Below, one piece after another: positions 28,975 through 43,100 of a stretch of DNA of 64,000 nt. The notes below the pieces were generated by a model. It saw only the letters and a program-made list of their open reading frames with translations. It was not told the origin of the DNA and ran no database searches. Made by a program: the position numbers and the translations under genes. The DNA lies in the NCBI GenBank assembly GCA_964016885.1, contig OZ024742.1, positions 203,794,001-203,858,000 on the forward strand, in the 5' to 3' direction. Position 1 is the first letter of the stretch. Each line of letters starts with the position of its first letter. Source of the DNA: Eledone cirrhosa (taxonomy: Eukaryota).

Positions 28975-29575
28975 AGCTCCACGTGTTCCTATGAAAAGAC
29001 CAGTTCCTTTAAAAAGAGGAACATTCCACAGAAACAACATGTTCCCATGGAAAGACATGTTTCTTTAAAATCACCTATTCCTATGATTACATGTATTCCT
29101 ATGAAAGGACCTGTTCCTTTAAAAATATCCGCTCCTATGGCCCCATGTGTTCCTATGAAAAGACCTATTCCTTTAAAAATACCCGCTCCTATGGTCCCAT
29201 GTGTTCCTATGAAAAGACCTGTTTCTTTAAAAACACCTGTCCTATGGCCCTATGTGTTCCTATGAAAGGACCTGTTCCTTTAAAAACATCTGTTCTTATG
29301 GCCCCATGTGTTCCTATGAAAAGACTTGTTCCTTTAAAAACACCTATCCTATGATTACATGTGTTCCTATGAAAAGACCTGTTCCTTTAAAAACACCTCT
29401 CCCTATGACATCATGTGTTCCTATGAAAAGACCTGTTTCTTTAGAAACATCTGTCCTATGATTCCATGTGATCCTATGAAAAGACATGTTTCTGTAAAAC
29501 ACATGTTCCTTAAAAAAATTGTGTTCTTATAAAAAATATACATATTTCAATGAAAAGATCTGTTCCTATGAAAAC
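28975..29575. repeat. 53-54-bp minisatellite built from three ~18-bp subunits
   Basis: CCTATGAAA recurs at 29098, 29152, 29206, 29259, 29313, 29366, 29420 and 29473. Confidence 0.9.
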
Positions 29576-30629
29576 AAATGCAGAATTTCGGTTACCTCTG
29601 TACAAACCTGTAGCCTACAACTTGGAACATGTATACCAACATTCACTTTTATATATAAAGATAGAACGACAAAGATAATAATTATTATTGTTGTACAACA
29701 ATAATAATGAATATTGTTATTGTGTTTGTGGTCGACAGATGGAAGATGCGGTATGTCTCCTTAAGTTAAGTTCAAATCACGATAAATCCGATCTGGTCGT
29801 GTCCTGTCCAATGGCCAGTAGTATACCGAGAGAGGGTTCACCCGACTACACATGTGCTTATATCTCGCCCCTTTGAAGGGCCAGTAGTATTTTAAGAGTA
29901 TGTTTCACTTGGCTACACATCTGAACTGTATCTTTCCCTCTCCAATGTCTAGAGGATCCAGTAGTATATTGAGAGATGGTTCACTCGACTACACATCTCT
30001 AAGGGTCTGTATACGGATAAAAGGTTCACCTGACTGTAGCTGACGTTTAAATCCGCCCTCTATATCCTCCTCAATCTGTGACCTTGTTCCAGTTTAAGAA
30101 ATATTCATTATTGTCGATAAAATAAAGCACCAGTAATGCACTGGAGTAATTCCTGGTCTTGTACCAAAAATAGAAACAATTATTACTAAGGTAGGTTAGA
30201 TTCAGGACGGTGGAATGGCAGAATCACATTCTGAGTTCAAATCTCGCCGAGGTCGTTCAACGTTTCCTTCCATCTTTTTGGGATCAATAAAATAAAATAT
30301 CAATCCAATACTGGGGTATATTTAATGGACTTTCCCCTCCCCAACGTAGAAACAATTATTAAAAGTAGAGATGTATTAAAAGCAACATAACACCTTATAG
30401 TAGATTATAATAACAACCTTCTACGTTTTGAGTTCGAATCCTAGCCATGCTGACTTTATCTGCAGTTGATACTCCAGTAATATTCCCTTTTCAGATAACT
30501 GACCTTCAGTCTGACCGGGTGACTGAAAACCGGGTACTTGACTTCATTTGAGCCAATATCAGGCGTTAACATGTGGTATATCTTCTTCCCTCTTTTGTTG
30601 ATAATAATTTCCTTCATGTCAAAGTTAAC

Positions 30630-30685
30630 AGCAGTAACAACAACAACACCTACTACAGCAGTAACAACAACAACAACATCTACTA

Positions 30686-30722
<37 letters not shown>

Positions 30723-30852
30723 AGCAGCAGCAGAAACAACAACACCTACTACGGCAGTAACAACTACTAATACAGGAGTAACAATAACAACTACTACCAC
30801 TACTACTTCTACAGTAACAATAACAATAGCAGTAGTAACAAACAAAATAGTA

Positions 30853-30908
<56 letters not shown>

Positions 30909-30970
30909 AGCAGAGCAACAGCGGCGGCAGCAGTAACAATAACAACAGGTAACATAGTAGTAACAACACA
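30630..30970. repeat. (AAC)/(ACT)/(AGC) trinucleotide tract
   Basis: Direct inspection. Confidence 0.9.
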
Positions 30971-30974
30971 CACC

Positions 30975-31280
30975 ATGGGATTTTCACCTAGAATGTTTCC
31001 CTCCGAGGCACAAGGTCCGGGCAAGGTTGTTTGTGGAAGACCAGCAGTCACCCTTACATACCAGCCTCCCCTCTGAACGTCACCGATGTTGTCCAAGGGA
31101 AAGGCTATGGCCGATACAGCTTGACACCTGTGACGTCGCAACTCATATCTACAGCTGAGTAAACTGGAGCAACGTGAAATACAGTGTCTTGCTCAAGGAC
31201 ACAACGAATCACCCGGTCCGAGAATCGAACTCACAGCCTTCCGATTGCAAGCCCAATGCCCACTAAGCCATGCGCCTTCC
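30975..31280 (-). mobile_element. tRNA-derived SINE family B, near full length
   Basis: Shares head and GTCCTTGAGCAAGACACT domain with 13975-14090. Confidence 0.8.
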
Positions 31281-31480
31281 CAACTACAACTACAGCAGTA
31301 ACAACAACGACGACTACAACAACGATAACAACAACAACAACGATGACGACAACAACAACGACAATAACAACAACGACAACAACAGCGACGACAACAACAA
31401 TGACAACAACAACAACGACAACGACGACAACAACAACGACAATAACGACGACAACAACAACGACAACAACAACAACAACA

Positions 31481-32330
31481 GGCTCCCTTGTTGTCAGTCA
31501 CTAACAACGGCAAGTTTGAAAGAGCACAACTAGAAGCAACTGGAGCGATCACTGGACATGTACGCACGACACCAACTGAGGCTGTCCTACTTGAAGCACA
31601 CCTTCCACCGTTGGAATGCCGCTTTCATGCTCTCTTCCTCTTGAAAGCGGATGAATGGGCACACCTCCCCAACTCCGATCATCGAAACCAATTACTCAAT
31701 GCTAGCGTAAGGCGCCGACTCCACCGTCTTGATTGGCGGTGTAGACAGCTGCCAGCTGTTGATCGTCTTGGCATACCCTCGACAACAGACACCCAACTAC
31801 CAGATAAGAAGCCGCCGTGGGAATTACCACCACCAATCCCTGCTACCTTTACCCCGGTGAGCAAATCAACGCCAGTAGCACCTCAACTTAAAGCGGCACT
31901 GGATCATCTATCGACCCCCCTCCCCCAGTCGACATTTGTGTGTGTACAGATGGATCAACATGTGACGGTACAACCAATGGCGGTGCCGGTCTCGTAATCA
32001 TCCAAAATGAAGAGATATTCCACGAGTGGCACGCTCCGACGGTCGCTCGTAGCAGTTCCTTTCATTCCGAAAGAATTGCATTCAAAGAAGCCCTCCTATG
32101 ATTACAGGCAGACACCAGCTGGGAGTCCTCCAAAGTCATCTCTGAATCAACACATGCCGTCTGTGCGAAGAGGAAGAAGGATCCTCCGAACATCATTGGA
32201 TGAGATATCCTGCCTTGATGGTGGAGTGTTATCACCACCCAGTCTCCCACACGCCAGTCTAGTGGTACTAAGGGTAATCCTCAGGCGCCTGCGGTAAGAA
32301 CCCCCCCCCCCCCCCCCCAAAAAAAAAACA
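31481..32330 (+). mobile_element. Decayed I-group (Nimb/Ingi-like) LINE 3' fragment with RNase H
   Basis: ERAQLEATGAITGHVRTTPTEAVLLEA and PPW. After a frameshift comes TDGS..GGAG..SSFHSERIAFKEAL (RNase H), then a CEEEEGSSEHHW knuckle remnant. Embedded in (AAC)n. Confidence 0.78.
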
Positions 32331-32840
32331 ACGCGAACAAAAACAACAACAACAACTACTACAACAACAACAACAACGCCAACAACGAAATCGACTACAA
32401 CAACAACAACAACAACCATAACAACGACAACGACAACGACAACAACAACAACAACGTCAACGACAACAACAACGACAACGACAACGACAACAACAACAAC
32501 AACAAAAACAACGACAACAACAACGACAACGTCAACGACAACAACAACGACAACGTCAACGACAACAACAACGACAACAACAACGACAACGTCAACAACA
32601 ACGACAACGACAACGACAACAACAACAACAACGACAACAACAACGACAACGTCAACGACAACAACAACGACAACGTCAACGACAACAACAACGACAACAA
32701 CAACGACAACGTCAACAACAACGACAACGACAACGACAACAACAACAACAACGACAACAACAACGACAACAACAACGACAACGACAACAACGACAGCAAC
32801 AACAACGACAACAACAACAGCAACAGCAACAGCAACAGCG
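32330..32840. repeat. (AAC/GAC)n microsatellite with internal duplications
   Basis: Direct inspection. Confidence 0.9.
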
Positions 32841-33485
32841 GTGGTAGTTACCAATATAATGGTGTCCCTGTTGGGAAGGAAGTATAGTATGTGTTATTAA
32901 GTGACAAGTTGAATGACAATTGCTTAGCGTGGCAATCGTGAGAAACAAATCTGGTTTCAATATCGATCTTCCATACAACTAAGTTGTATTGTTTCCTATA
33001 GACACAGGTAAGTAGTTCGATCACTTGATAACTATTGGGTAAATCTTAGAGACAGTCTCGCACAACTTAGCCCCATTACACTACATTCATAATATCCGGA
33101 TCAATGGTGTCGTGTTTCTTGTATGGTAGACTCTAAACATGGCAGAACATCAGTGCAAATTCTAGAAGTCATTCGGTGCATTGGTATACATGCTGTTGTT
33201 GTGATGATGATGATGGTGCTGCTTGCTCTGGTTGTTGTTGTTGACGCTGCTGTTGTTGCTGTCTTTGTTCTTCTTGTTTTTGCTGAAGTGGTTGTGGTTG
33301 AGGGGCTTCTTCTTCTTCTTCTTCTTCTTCTTCTTCTTCTTCTTCTTCTTTTTGCTAGGGTCACGTGTATATGAAAGCATGCAGCGTCCTCTCAAACTAA
33401 ACTACTCAATGTATTATTGAGTGGAATAGGATTTATTATAAAGTGTGCCCACAAAAAGCGTTACTTCATTCGAGAACACACAAGG

Positions 33486-33516
<31 letters not shown>

Positions 33517-33930
33517 GGAAAAGGTTTAGGACCCCGACGGCAGAGCTCAAGCCCGTTCGACGGCTGTTTCCGGTCCAGAAATAGCCGTTGAAGAGGCTTG
33601 AACTCTGCCGTCGGGGTCCTGAACCTTTTCCTATTACCCACTCTACTACCCAAAGTATCGTGTACTCTGGTGCGTTACGGTCCACCTGGTTCCTTACCAC
33701 ACTTCCTTCGTTAATTATATATATATATATAACGAAGGAAATGTGGTAGGGAACCAGATGGACCATAGCGCACCAAAGTACTCAATACTTTGGGTAGTAG
33801 AGTGGGTAATAGGAACGAGTAGGACCCCGACGGCTGAGCTCAAACCGTTTCGACGGCTAATTCTGGACTAAAATAGTCCAGAATTAGCCGTTGAAACGGC
33901 TTGAGCTCAGCCGTCGGGGTCCTACTCGTT

Positions 33931-33932
<2 letters not shown>
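33517..33932. mobile_element. Two adjacent family F fold-back elements, tail-to-tail across a short (TA)n
   Basis: 33517-33712 and 33731-33932, each with its own internal palindrome. Confidence 0.85.
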
Positions 33933-33987
<55 letters not shown>

Positions 33988-34022
33988 TATATATAAATAT
34001 ATATATATATAAGTTTTAATAT

Positions 34023-34073
34023 AGCTTCCTGATGATTTCTCACGAATGAAACAGTACTTGTCCGGTAGAAGCT
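34023..34073 (+). ncRNA. Type-I hammerhead motif
   Basis: AGCTTC-CTGATGA-TTTCTCACGAAT-GAAA-C..GTA^GAAGCT. The downstream tail is a near reverse complement of 10323-10402. Confidence 0.7.
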
Positions 34074-34150
34074 CTTCTATATTAAAACTTTTATACTCTG
34101 CTTTGTATTGAGTACCTTACTGTGGTTACCTCCGATTCAACCCGGAATAA

Positions 34151-34211
<61 letters not shown>

Positions 34212-34876
34212 CACACTAACACCTCTACTAATATACACCCCATCGCCCCACTTCACCACCTTCCCCCTCCACCCTTCACACCTACCCATCCTCTCCCCTG
34301 TCCACCGCACCACCGCACACACAGACACACACACAGTCCTCACCACACTGACCTTACTCCACCTGTCATCCTGCTCTACGGCTATCTCTTCATCTTGCTC
34401 TACTGCTATCTCTTCACCCTGCCTTGACCCTCTGACTTGACCCTCTGACCACTTCCTGTTGCGCGCGCACCTCACTTCCCTCCACTTCCGACCACAACCA
34501 AAATTGGATTCTACACCGCCGGGCATCTCTCCAGCCATCCACTCCATAACATGAAAAATATCCAGTAACTCTTCGCACACTCGATGGAACTACCTCAGGA
34601 ACTTACCAACGAACATACACTCACATTTTTTGGCACCACGCCACCCACATCCATAGCAGGTATAAACACAAACACACACGTGCGTACCCCCACATATACA
34701 AACTCAACCTCCGGAATCCACACGCGCCCTCCTCCACCCCCTGACCCCTCTCCTTCCACACGCACTCACACACCGATTTACACTCCACCCCACGCACTCA
34801 CCTTTTCCTGAGCAGCCGTTAATATGCATAAGGAAAGTATATATTTCAGACGTTCAACCATCTGACAGGAAGGTAT

Positions 34877-34919
34877 ACGTTACTGACGATAGCTAATAAG
34901 CTTGAAACTAGTACAGCGT
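34877..34919 (+). ncRNA. Minimal type-I hammerhead motif
   Basis: CTGACGA(34883-34889)-TAGCT-AATA-AGCTT-GAAA-CTAGTA^CAGCG, with palindromic stem III ACTAGT. Confidence 0.72.
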
Positions 34920-35216
34920 TCCTTTGTCAGTGTTGAACAAATGAGCAACGATGGTTGCTAGACACTGTGCGGCTTAATTCGGGATGATTGTTTAAAAAAA
35001 CACCGAGCATCATAATAAATGTTCGGTAAATCCATACGTACATATATATATGTGTGTGCATGTATGTATATATATATACATACTACTGTACGTCTTTATA
35101 CATATATGTATGTACGTATACATACTTATATTTAAGTAACAGCCGTACTAAGAGTGAGAAATGAAATTTCGTTTCATTTTTTCCGTTTATATATATATAT
35201 ATATATATGTACATAA

Positions 35217-35325
<109 letters not shown>

Positions 35326-36182
35326 TAGAGAGAGAGAGAGAAAGGGGGAGAGAAAGAGAGAGAAAGAGATACATGTAGAAGCATGTATACATCTGTTATA
35401 TATATATATAAAGTAGACGATGCAGAAACAAGACAATGATTGGAGAGACAGCTCGTAGTATAGGTGGGAGGTTAAAATAACATTGGCGGGAACAGAAGAA
35501 GAAAAAAGCTCATCAGTGCAATACCACCATGCCTAACTAGAACATGAGGACTCAACGCATAGAACTGACGCAACACTCAGACAAATTACGGAGGTAACAC
35601 ACGTAATTGAACATAGTCCCAGCCTCAACAGAAAACACGACTGGAATAGTAAAGGACTGACGATAGAATAAGAGGGAAAAAGGCACAAACAGCAAAAGAT
35701 ACAAACACCCATACACATAAAACACTCATAGACATGACAAACACACACACACACACACATACATACACACACACACACACACAAACGAAGGCGCAGGCGC
35801 AAATGCATGTGCAGATACGAATCACGAAAAACGCACCACAAGATAAAGACAAGATGGAGTAGAAGTTTAAGACTAGAAAAAAAAGAGGCACAAAACTGAG
35901 TCATTGAGGAGGTCACAGATTTGCAACGAAAGAACTTTTACAACAGATTGAATAACGAACAATAAAGATAAAGAGAAAGTGAAAATGATATGGTGCGTGT
36001 GTTTCTTTCTATTGGCAATATTGGCAATATGACCATCCACAAATATAAAAATAACATATATATGTGTGTGTGATGTGTGTGTGTCTGTATGTGTGTGTGT
36101 TGTCTGTGTGTGTGTTGTGTGTGTGTGTGTAAAAAGTTGCATATCACAGAAATTGATAATAGAGTATATAATTTTATTTATT

Positions 36183-36325
36183 GAATTTCTTACAAAATAG
36201 CTACGATGCTTCAGCAAAGCGAGCAGATTGATCGCTGAGCCTCTTCAGGGAAGAACTCTTCTCTGAAGAAGCTCAGCGTTCAATCATCTTGCTTTGCTGA
36301 AACCTCGTAGATATATTGTAAAATT
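36183..36325. repeat. Diverged palindrome with a hammerhead-like core
   Basis: Centre ~36255. The right arm reads CTGAAGA(36263-36269)-AGC..GCT-GAAA-CCTCGTA. Confidence 0.6.
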
Positions 36326-36453
36326 CTGAATTATATATATATCTATATATATATATATAACCAAAAGTTAAACAAGGTTCATTGATTAATCAATAAATAT
36401 AGTTTTACAATAGATTAGAAGCACTCAACAGTGAAAGTTTTCTGGAGTTACTA

Positions 36454-36785
36454 ATATTAATTCCAAATATTAGTAAATGGAGACATTCACGTACTCAAAA
36501 TATATTTTTTATTATATATATTTCAGAGGTACTGTGCTGTTTTTTCAGTACGTCCTCATCAGATAAAATATATAAATTGATGTATGACATAACTCAACTG
36601 TGCTGATGGTACAATTCCAGGACTGGAATTGTACCATCAACACAGTTGAGTTATGTCATACATCAATTTATATATTTTATCTGATGAGGACGTACTGAAA
36701 AAACAGCACAGTACCTCTGAAATATATATAATAAAAAATATATTTTGAGTACGTGAATGTCTCCATTTACTAATATTTGGAATTA

Positions 36786-36789
<4 letters not shown>
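36454..36789. repeat. Near-perfect palindrome (167-bp arms) with an intact family H hammerhead in each arm
   Basis: Centre at 36621/36622. 36675-36736 reads TTTTAT-CTGATGA-GGACGTACTG..CAGTACCTCT-GAAA-TATATATA^ATAAAA. Confidence 0.92.
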
Positions 36790-36829
<40 letters not shown>

Positions 36830-37102
36830 ATATACATACAGAGAGAGAGAGAGAGATATTTCTTAACAATTTCCATACAATGATATGTAACCATGGTTGG
36901 GTGACTAAACACACATGCTAACAGATTATCCGTCAACCATCAATGATCAGATCAATCAAATAATCAATCACAATCACCAAATCGATAATAAATCAATAAC
37001 AATAAAGTTGACAACGAATGGTTTGGGTGCAATAATATCATGTCATGGAATGTTCGGCAGTTTTTTTACCATCTTGTATATGAAAATGTATACATATATA
37101 AT

Positions 37103-37290
37103 TGTTTCTACGTTAGACACAAGGCCAGCAATTATCCAGTGCATTACTGGTACTTTATTTTATCGACCCCGTAAGGATGAAAGGCAAAGTTAACCTTGGC
37201 AGGATTTGAACTCGGAATGGCAAGGGGCGTAACTCTATACGTCAAAGCATGGCGTCCGACCCTCTACCAATACTGCCAATCCACCGCCCT
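37103..37290 (-). mobile_element. Full-length SINE family A
   Basis: 19-bp TSD AAATGTATACATATATAAT on both sides. Confidence 0.9.
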
Positions 37291-37543
37291 AAATGTATAC
37301 ATATATAATATATGTTGTATATAAGCATACATGCTCACACAGAACATATATTAGATATAAACATACATATATATATATATATATGTACAATGAATATATA
37401 TTACATAGAAACATAGATGCAATCATATATAGTACATATTAGATATTATTTGAATATACTATATATATATATATATATGTGTCTGTGTGTGTGTAGAAAA
37501 TATGGTATTTTTTAGGCTTGCAACGATATAAATTGGACTTCAA

Positions 37544-37593
<50 letters not shown>

Positions 37594-37773
37594 TTAGATA
37601 TATATATATATATATTTAGATAGATATATATATCACAAACACATGTGCACACAGCCGGACATATTTAAGCATAGAAAAGAGTATATATATATATATATAT
37701 TTAATTTTTCAACTACACAAAATATAACTACTCCATTACCAAAGGTTTCTGGATCTCAGACATGTTATTATTG

Positions 37774-37890
37774 TCTGAGTTCAAATGCCACGAGGTTAAC
37801 TTTGCCTTTCATCCTTACGGGGTCGATAAAATAAAGTACCAGTAATACACTGGGATAATTGCTGGCTTTGTGCCAAAAGTAGAAACAATT
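37774..37890 (+). mobile_element. 5'-truncated SINE family A inserted at the centre of a palindrome
   Basis: TTATTATTG is duplicated. Flanks 37715-37762 and 37896-37942 are inverted copies. Confidence 0.8.
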
Positions 37891-38093
37891 ATTATTGTCT
37901 AGGATCCAGAAACCTTTGTAATGGAGTAGTCATATTTTGTGTTGTACACTTACTAATTAAATAGCTCTGTTCTATACATAGAGCACTCTTTTTTCCATTG
38001 CTTTTCCTTCGGAAATTACCTAACATATATATATATATATACATGGTAGGTAATTCTGACAGTAACTTCATGTTACACTCCTTGGATATATAT

Positions 38094-38413
<320 letters not shown>

Positions 38414-38616
38414 GAGGGAGACAGTGAAACAGCTGGTGCATGTGTTTCTTATTGGCAACATGACTCTCCCAAAGCATAACAATATAATATATATATATAT
38501 ATATATGTGAAAAAATGGGCAGAAGAATACTGCAGGTTGCACATGGATAACATGTAAATATATATATATATATACATATATACATATATTTATTAAAATA
38601 ACAGTTTAAAGTATAA

Positions 38617-38661
<45 letters not shown>

Positions 38662-39280
38662 CACACACATAAATGTATATATATATATAGAGAGAGAGTT
38701 AGATAGATAGATAGATATTCCAGTAATGGTCGCCAGGGTTACCAAATAAAAATCAAAAAGAATTTCATTGAAAATACGATATAAATATGTGCACCAGCCA
38801 TGACCACCACCACAACTACTACTACTACTAGTACTACTACTACTAATACTACTGATGATGTTGTTGATAAGGATAAGTTGCGTCGGTGTGCAAAAAACAA
38901 TACAATATACCTTGTGTATATTTTCTGTGCGTATATAATATTTTTTTGTTCGTGAATATGTATACTTATGTATGTGTATGCATATAGGCAAGTATGTAGA
39001 ACTTTATGTATTTATGCATGTATTGATATATATATATATAGTGCTAAAGCTACATACATTCGCAAACTAAAGCTTCGTTAATGCTGTACTAAAATGTGTA
39101 TATATATATATAAATATATATACATACATACATTTATGTATATACATATATCTTATATATACATGAATGTATATCGATATCACATACATATATATACACA
39201 TATATAAATGTTATGTTTATATGCATGTATGTATACACATAACATTTATATATGTGTATACATACATGTATATAAACATA

Positions 39281-39398
39281 TTGAGTTCAAATCCTGCCGA
39301 GGTTAACTTTGCCTTTCAACCTTACGGGGTGGATAAAATAAAGTACCAGTAATGTACTGGTTATTTGGTGGCCTTGTGCTAAAAGTAGAAACAATTAT
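39281..39398 (+). mobile_element. 5'-truncated SINE family A
   Basis: Match to family A. Confidence 0.8.
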
Positions 39399-39399
39399 A

Positions 39400-39898
<499 letters not shown>

Positions 39899-40189
39899 AA
39901 CTTCAATTTTTTTTTTCTTTTCCTCTTCTCAAAGTTTGTACGAAGTTAGTATCAGTCCAGTATAAACTACGAAAGTCACCTGAACTGAACAATAATGTTT
40001 AGTGTCTGTTATTGGTGTTAATATAACTAACTTACCTGCATCTGTTATGGTTGGAGAAGCAGACGATAACAACATCACCGCCGCCACTGCCAGCAGCAGC
40101 CAGCACGGACAACGCCTGCACCACCAGCGCTAGCAGCAGCAGCACAGTACTATGAGTAATACCAGTAACACTTCCACTAGTATTACCAT

Positions 40190-43100
40190 CAATACCAGCA
40201 ACACCAACACCACCACCATCCCCAGCAACGACAACACCACCACCACCCTCAGCAACACCAACATAACTAACACCCCCAGCAACGACAACACCAACACCAC
40301 CCTCAGCAACACCAACAACACCACCACCCCCAGCAACACCAACACCACCACCATCCTCAGCAACACCAACAACACCACCACCCTCAGCAACACCAGCAAC
40401 ACCACCACCCTCAGCAACACCAACAACACCACCACCCTCAGCAACACCAGCAACACCAACAACACCACCACCCTCAGCAACGACAACACCACCACCACCC
40501 TCAGCAACACCACCACCACCACCATCCTCAGCAACACCAACAACACCACCACCCTCAGCAACACCAACAACACCACCACCCCCAGCAACACCAACTACAC
40601 CACCACCCTCAGCAACACCAACAACACCACCACCCTCAGCAACGACAACACCACCACCACCCTCAGCAACACCACCACCACCACCATCCTCAGCAACACC
40701 AACACCACCACCACCCTCAGCAACACCAACAACACCACCACCCCCAGCAACACCAACAACACCACCACCCCCAGCAACACCAACAACACCACCACCCCCA
40801 GCAACACCAACAACACCACCACCCACAGCAACACCAACAACACCACCACCCTCAGCAACACCTACAACACCACCACCCTCAGCAACACCAACAACACCAC
40901 CACCCTCAGCAACACCAACAACACCACCACCCCCAGCAACACCAACAACACCACCATCCTCAGCAACATCAACAACACCACCACCCTCAGCAACACCAAC
41001 AACACCACCACCCTCAGCAACACCAACAACACCACCACCCTCAGCAACACCAACAACACCACCACCCTCAGCAACACCAACAACACCACCACCCTCAGCA
41101 ACACCAACAACACCACCACCCCCAGCAACACCAACAACACCACCATCCTCAGCAACATCAACAACACCACCACCCTCAGCAACACCAACAACACCACCAC
41201 CCTCAGCAACACCAACAACACCACCACCCTCAGCAACACCAACAACACCACCACCCTCAGCAACACCAACAACACCACCATCCTCAGCAACACCAACACC
41301 ACCACCACCCTCAGCAACACCAACTACACCACCACCCTCAGCAACACCAACAACACCACCACCCTCAGCAACACCAACAACACCACCACCCCCAGCAACA
41401 CCAACAACACCACCATCCTCAGCAACATCAACAACACCAACACCCCCAGCAACACCAACAACACCACCACCCTCAGCAACACCAACACCACCACCACCCC
41501 CAGCAACACCAACAACACCACCATCCTCAGCAACACCAACAACACCACCACCCCCAGCAACACCAACAACACCACCATCCTCAGCAACATCAACAACACC
41601 ACCACCCTCAGCAACACCAACAACACCACCACCCTCAGCAACACCAACAACACCACCACCCTCAGCAACACCAACAACACCACCACCCTCAGCAACACCA
41701 ACAACACCACCATCCTCAGCAACACCAACACCACCACCACCCTCAGCAACACCAACTACACCACCACCCTCAGCAACACCAACAACACCACCACCCTCAG
41801 CAACACCAACAACACCACCACCCTCAGCAACACCAACAACACCACCACCCTCAGCAACACCAACAACACCACCACCCCCAGCAACATCAACAACACCACC
41901 ACCCTCAGCAACACCAACAACACCACCACCCTCAGCAACACCAAAAACACCACCACCCCCAGCAACACCAACAACACCACCACCCTCAGCAACACCAACA
42001 ACACCACCATCCTCAGCAACACCAACAACACCACCACCCCCAGCAACACCAAAACACCACCACCCCCAGCAACACCAACAACACCACCACCCACAGCAAC
42101 ACCAACAACACCACCACCCTCAGCAACACCAACTACACCACCACCCTCAGCAACACCAACAACACCACCATCCACAGCAACACCAACAACACCACCACCC
42201 TCAGCAACACCAACAACACCACCACCCCCAGCAACACCAACAACACCACCATCCTCAGCAACATCAACAACACCACCATCCTCAGCAACACCAACAACAC
42301 CACCACCCCCAGCAACACCAACAACACCACCATCCCCAGCAACACCAACAACACCACCACCCTCAGCAACACCAACAACACCACCACCCTCAGCAACACC
42401 AACAACACCACCACCCTCAGCAACACCAACAACACCACCATCCTCAGCTACAGCAACAACACCACCATCCTCAGCAACACCAACAACACCACCATCCTCA
42501 GCAACACCAACAACACCACCACCCTCAGCAACACCAACAACACCACCATCCTCAGCAACACCAACAACACCACCACCCTCAGCAACACCAACAACACCAC
42601 CACCCTCAGCAACACCAACAACACCACCGTCCTCAGCAACATCAACAACACCACCACCCTCAGCAACACCAACAACACCACCATCCTCAGCAACATCAAC
42701 AACACCACCACCCTCAGCAACACCAACAACACCACCACCCTCAGCAACACCAACAACACCACCACCCTCAGCAACACCAACAACACCACCACCCCCAGCA
42801 ACACCAACAACACCACCACCCTCAGCAACACCAACAACACCACCACCCCCAGCAACACAAACAACACCACCACCCCCAGCAACACCAACAACACCACCAC
42901 CCCCAGCAACACCAACAACACCACCACCCTCAGCAACACCAACAACACCACCACCCTCAGCAACACCAACAACACCACCATCCTCAGCAACACCAACAAC
43001 ACCACCACCCTCAGCAACACCAACAACACCACCATCCTCAGCAACATCAACAACACCACCACCCCCAGCAACACAAACAACACCACCACCCTCAGCAACA

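Noticed and set aside
29047-29461. Overlapping Pro/Lys/Cys-rich ORFs
   Set aside because: By-products of the 54-bp minisatellite; frames shift at 53-bp units
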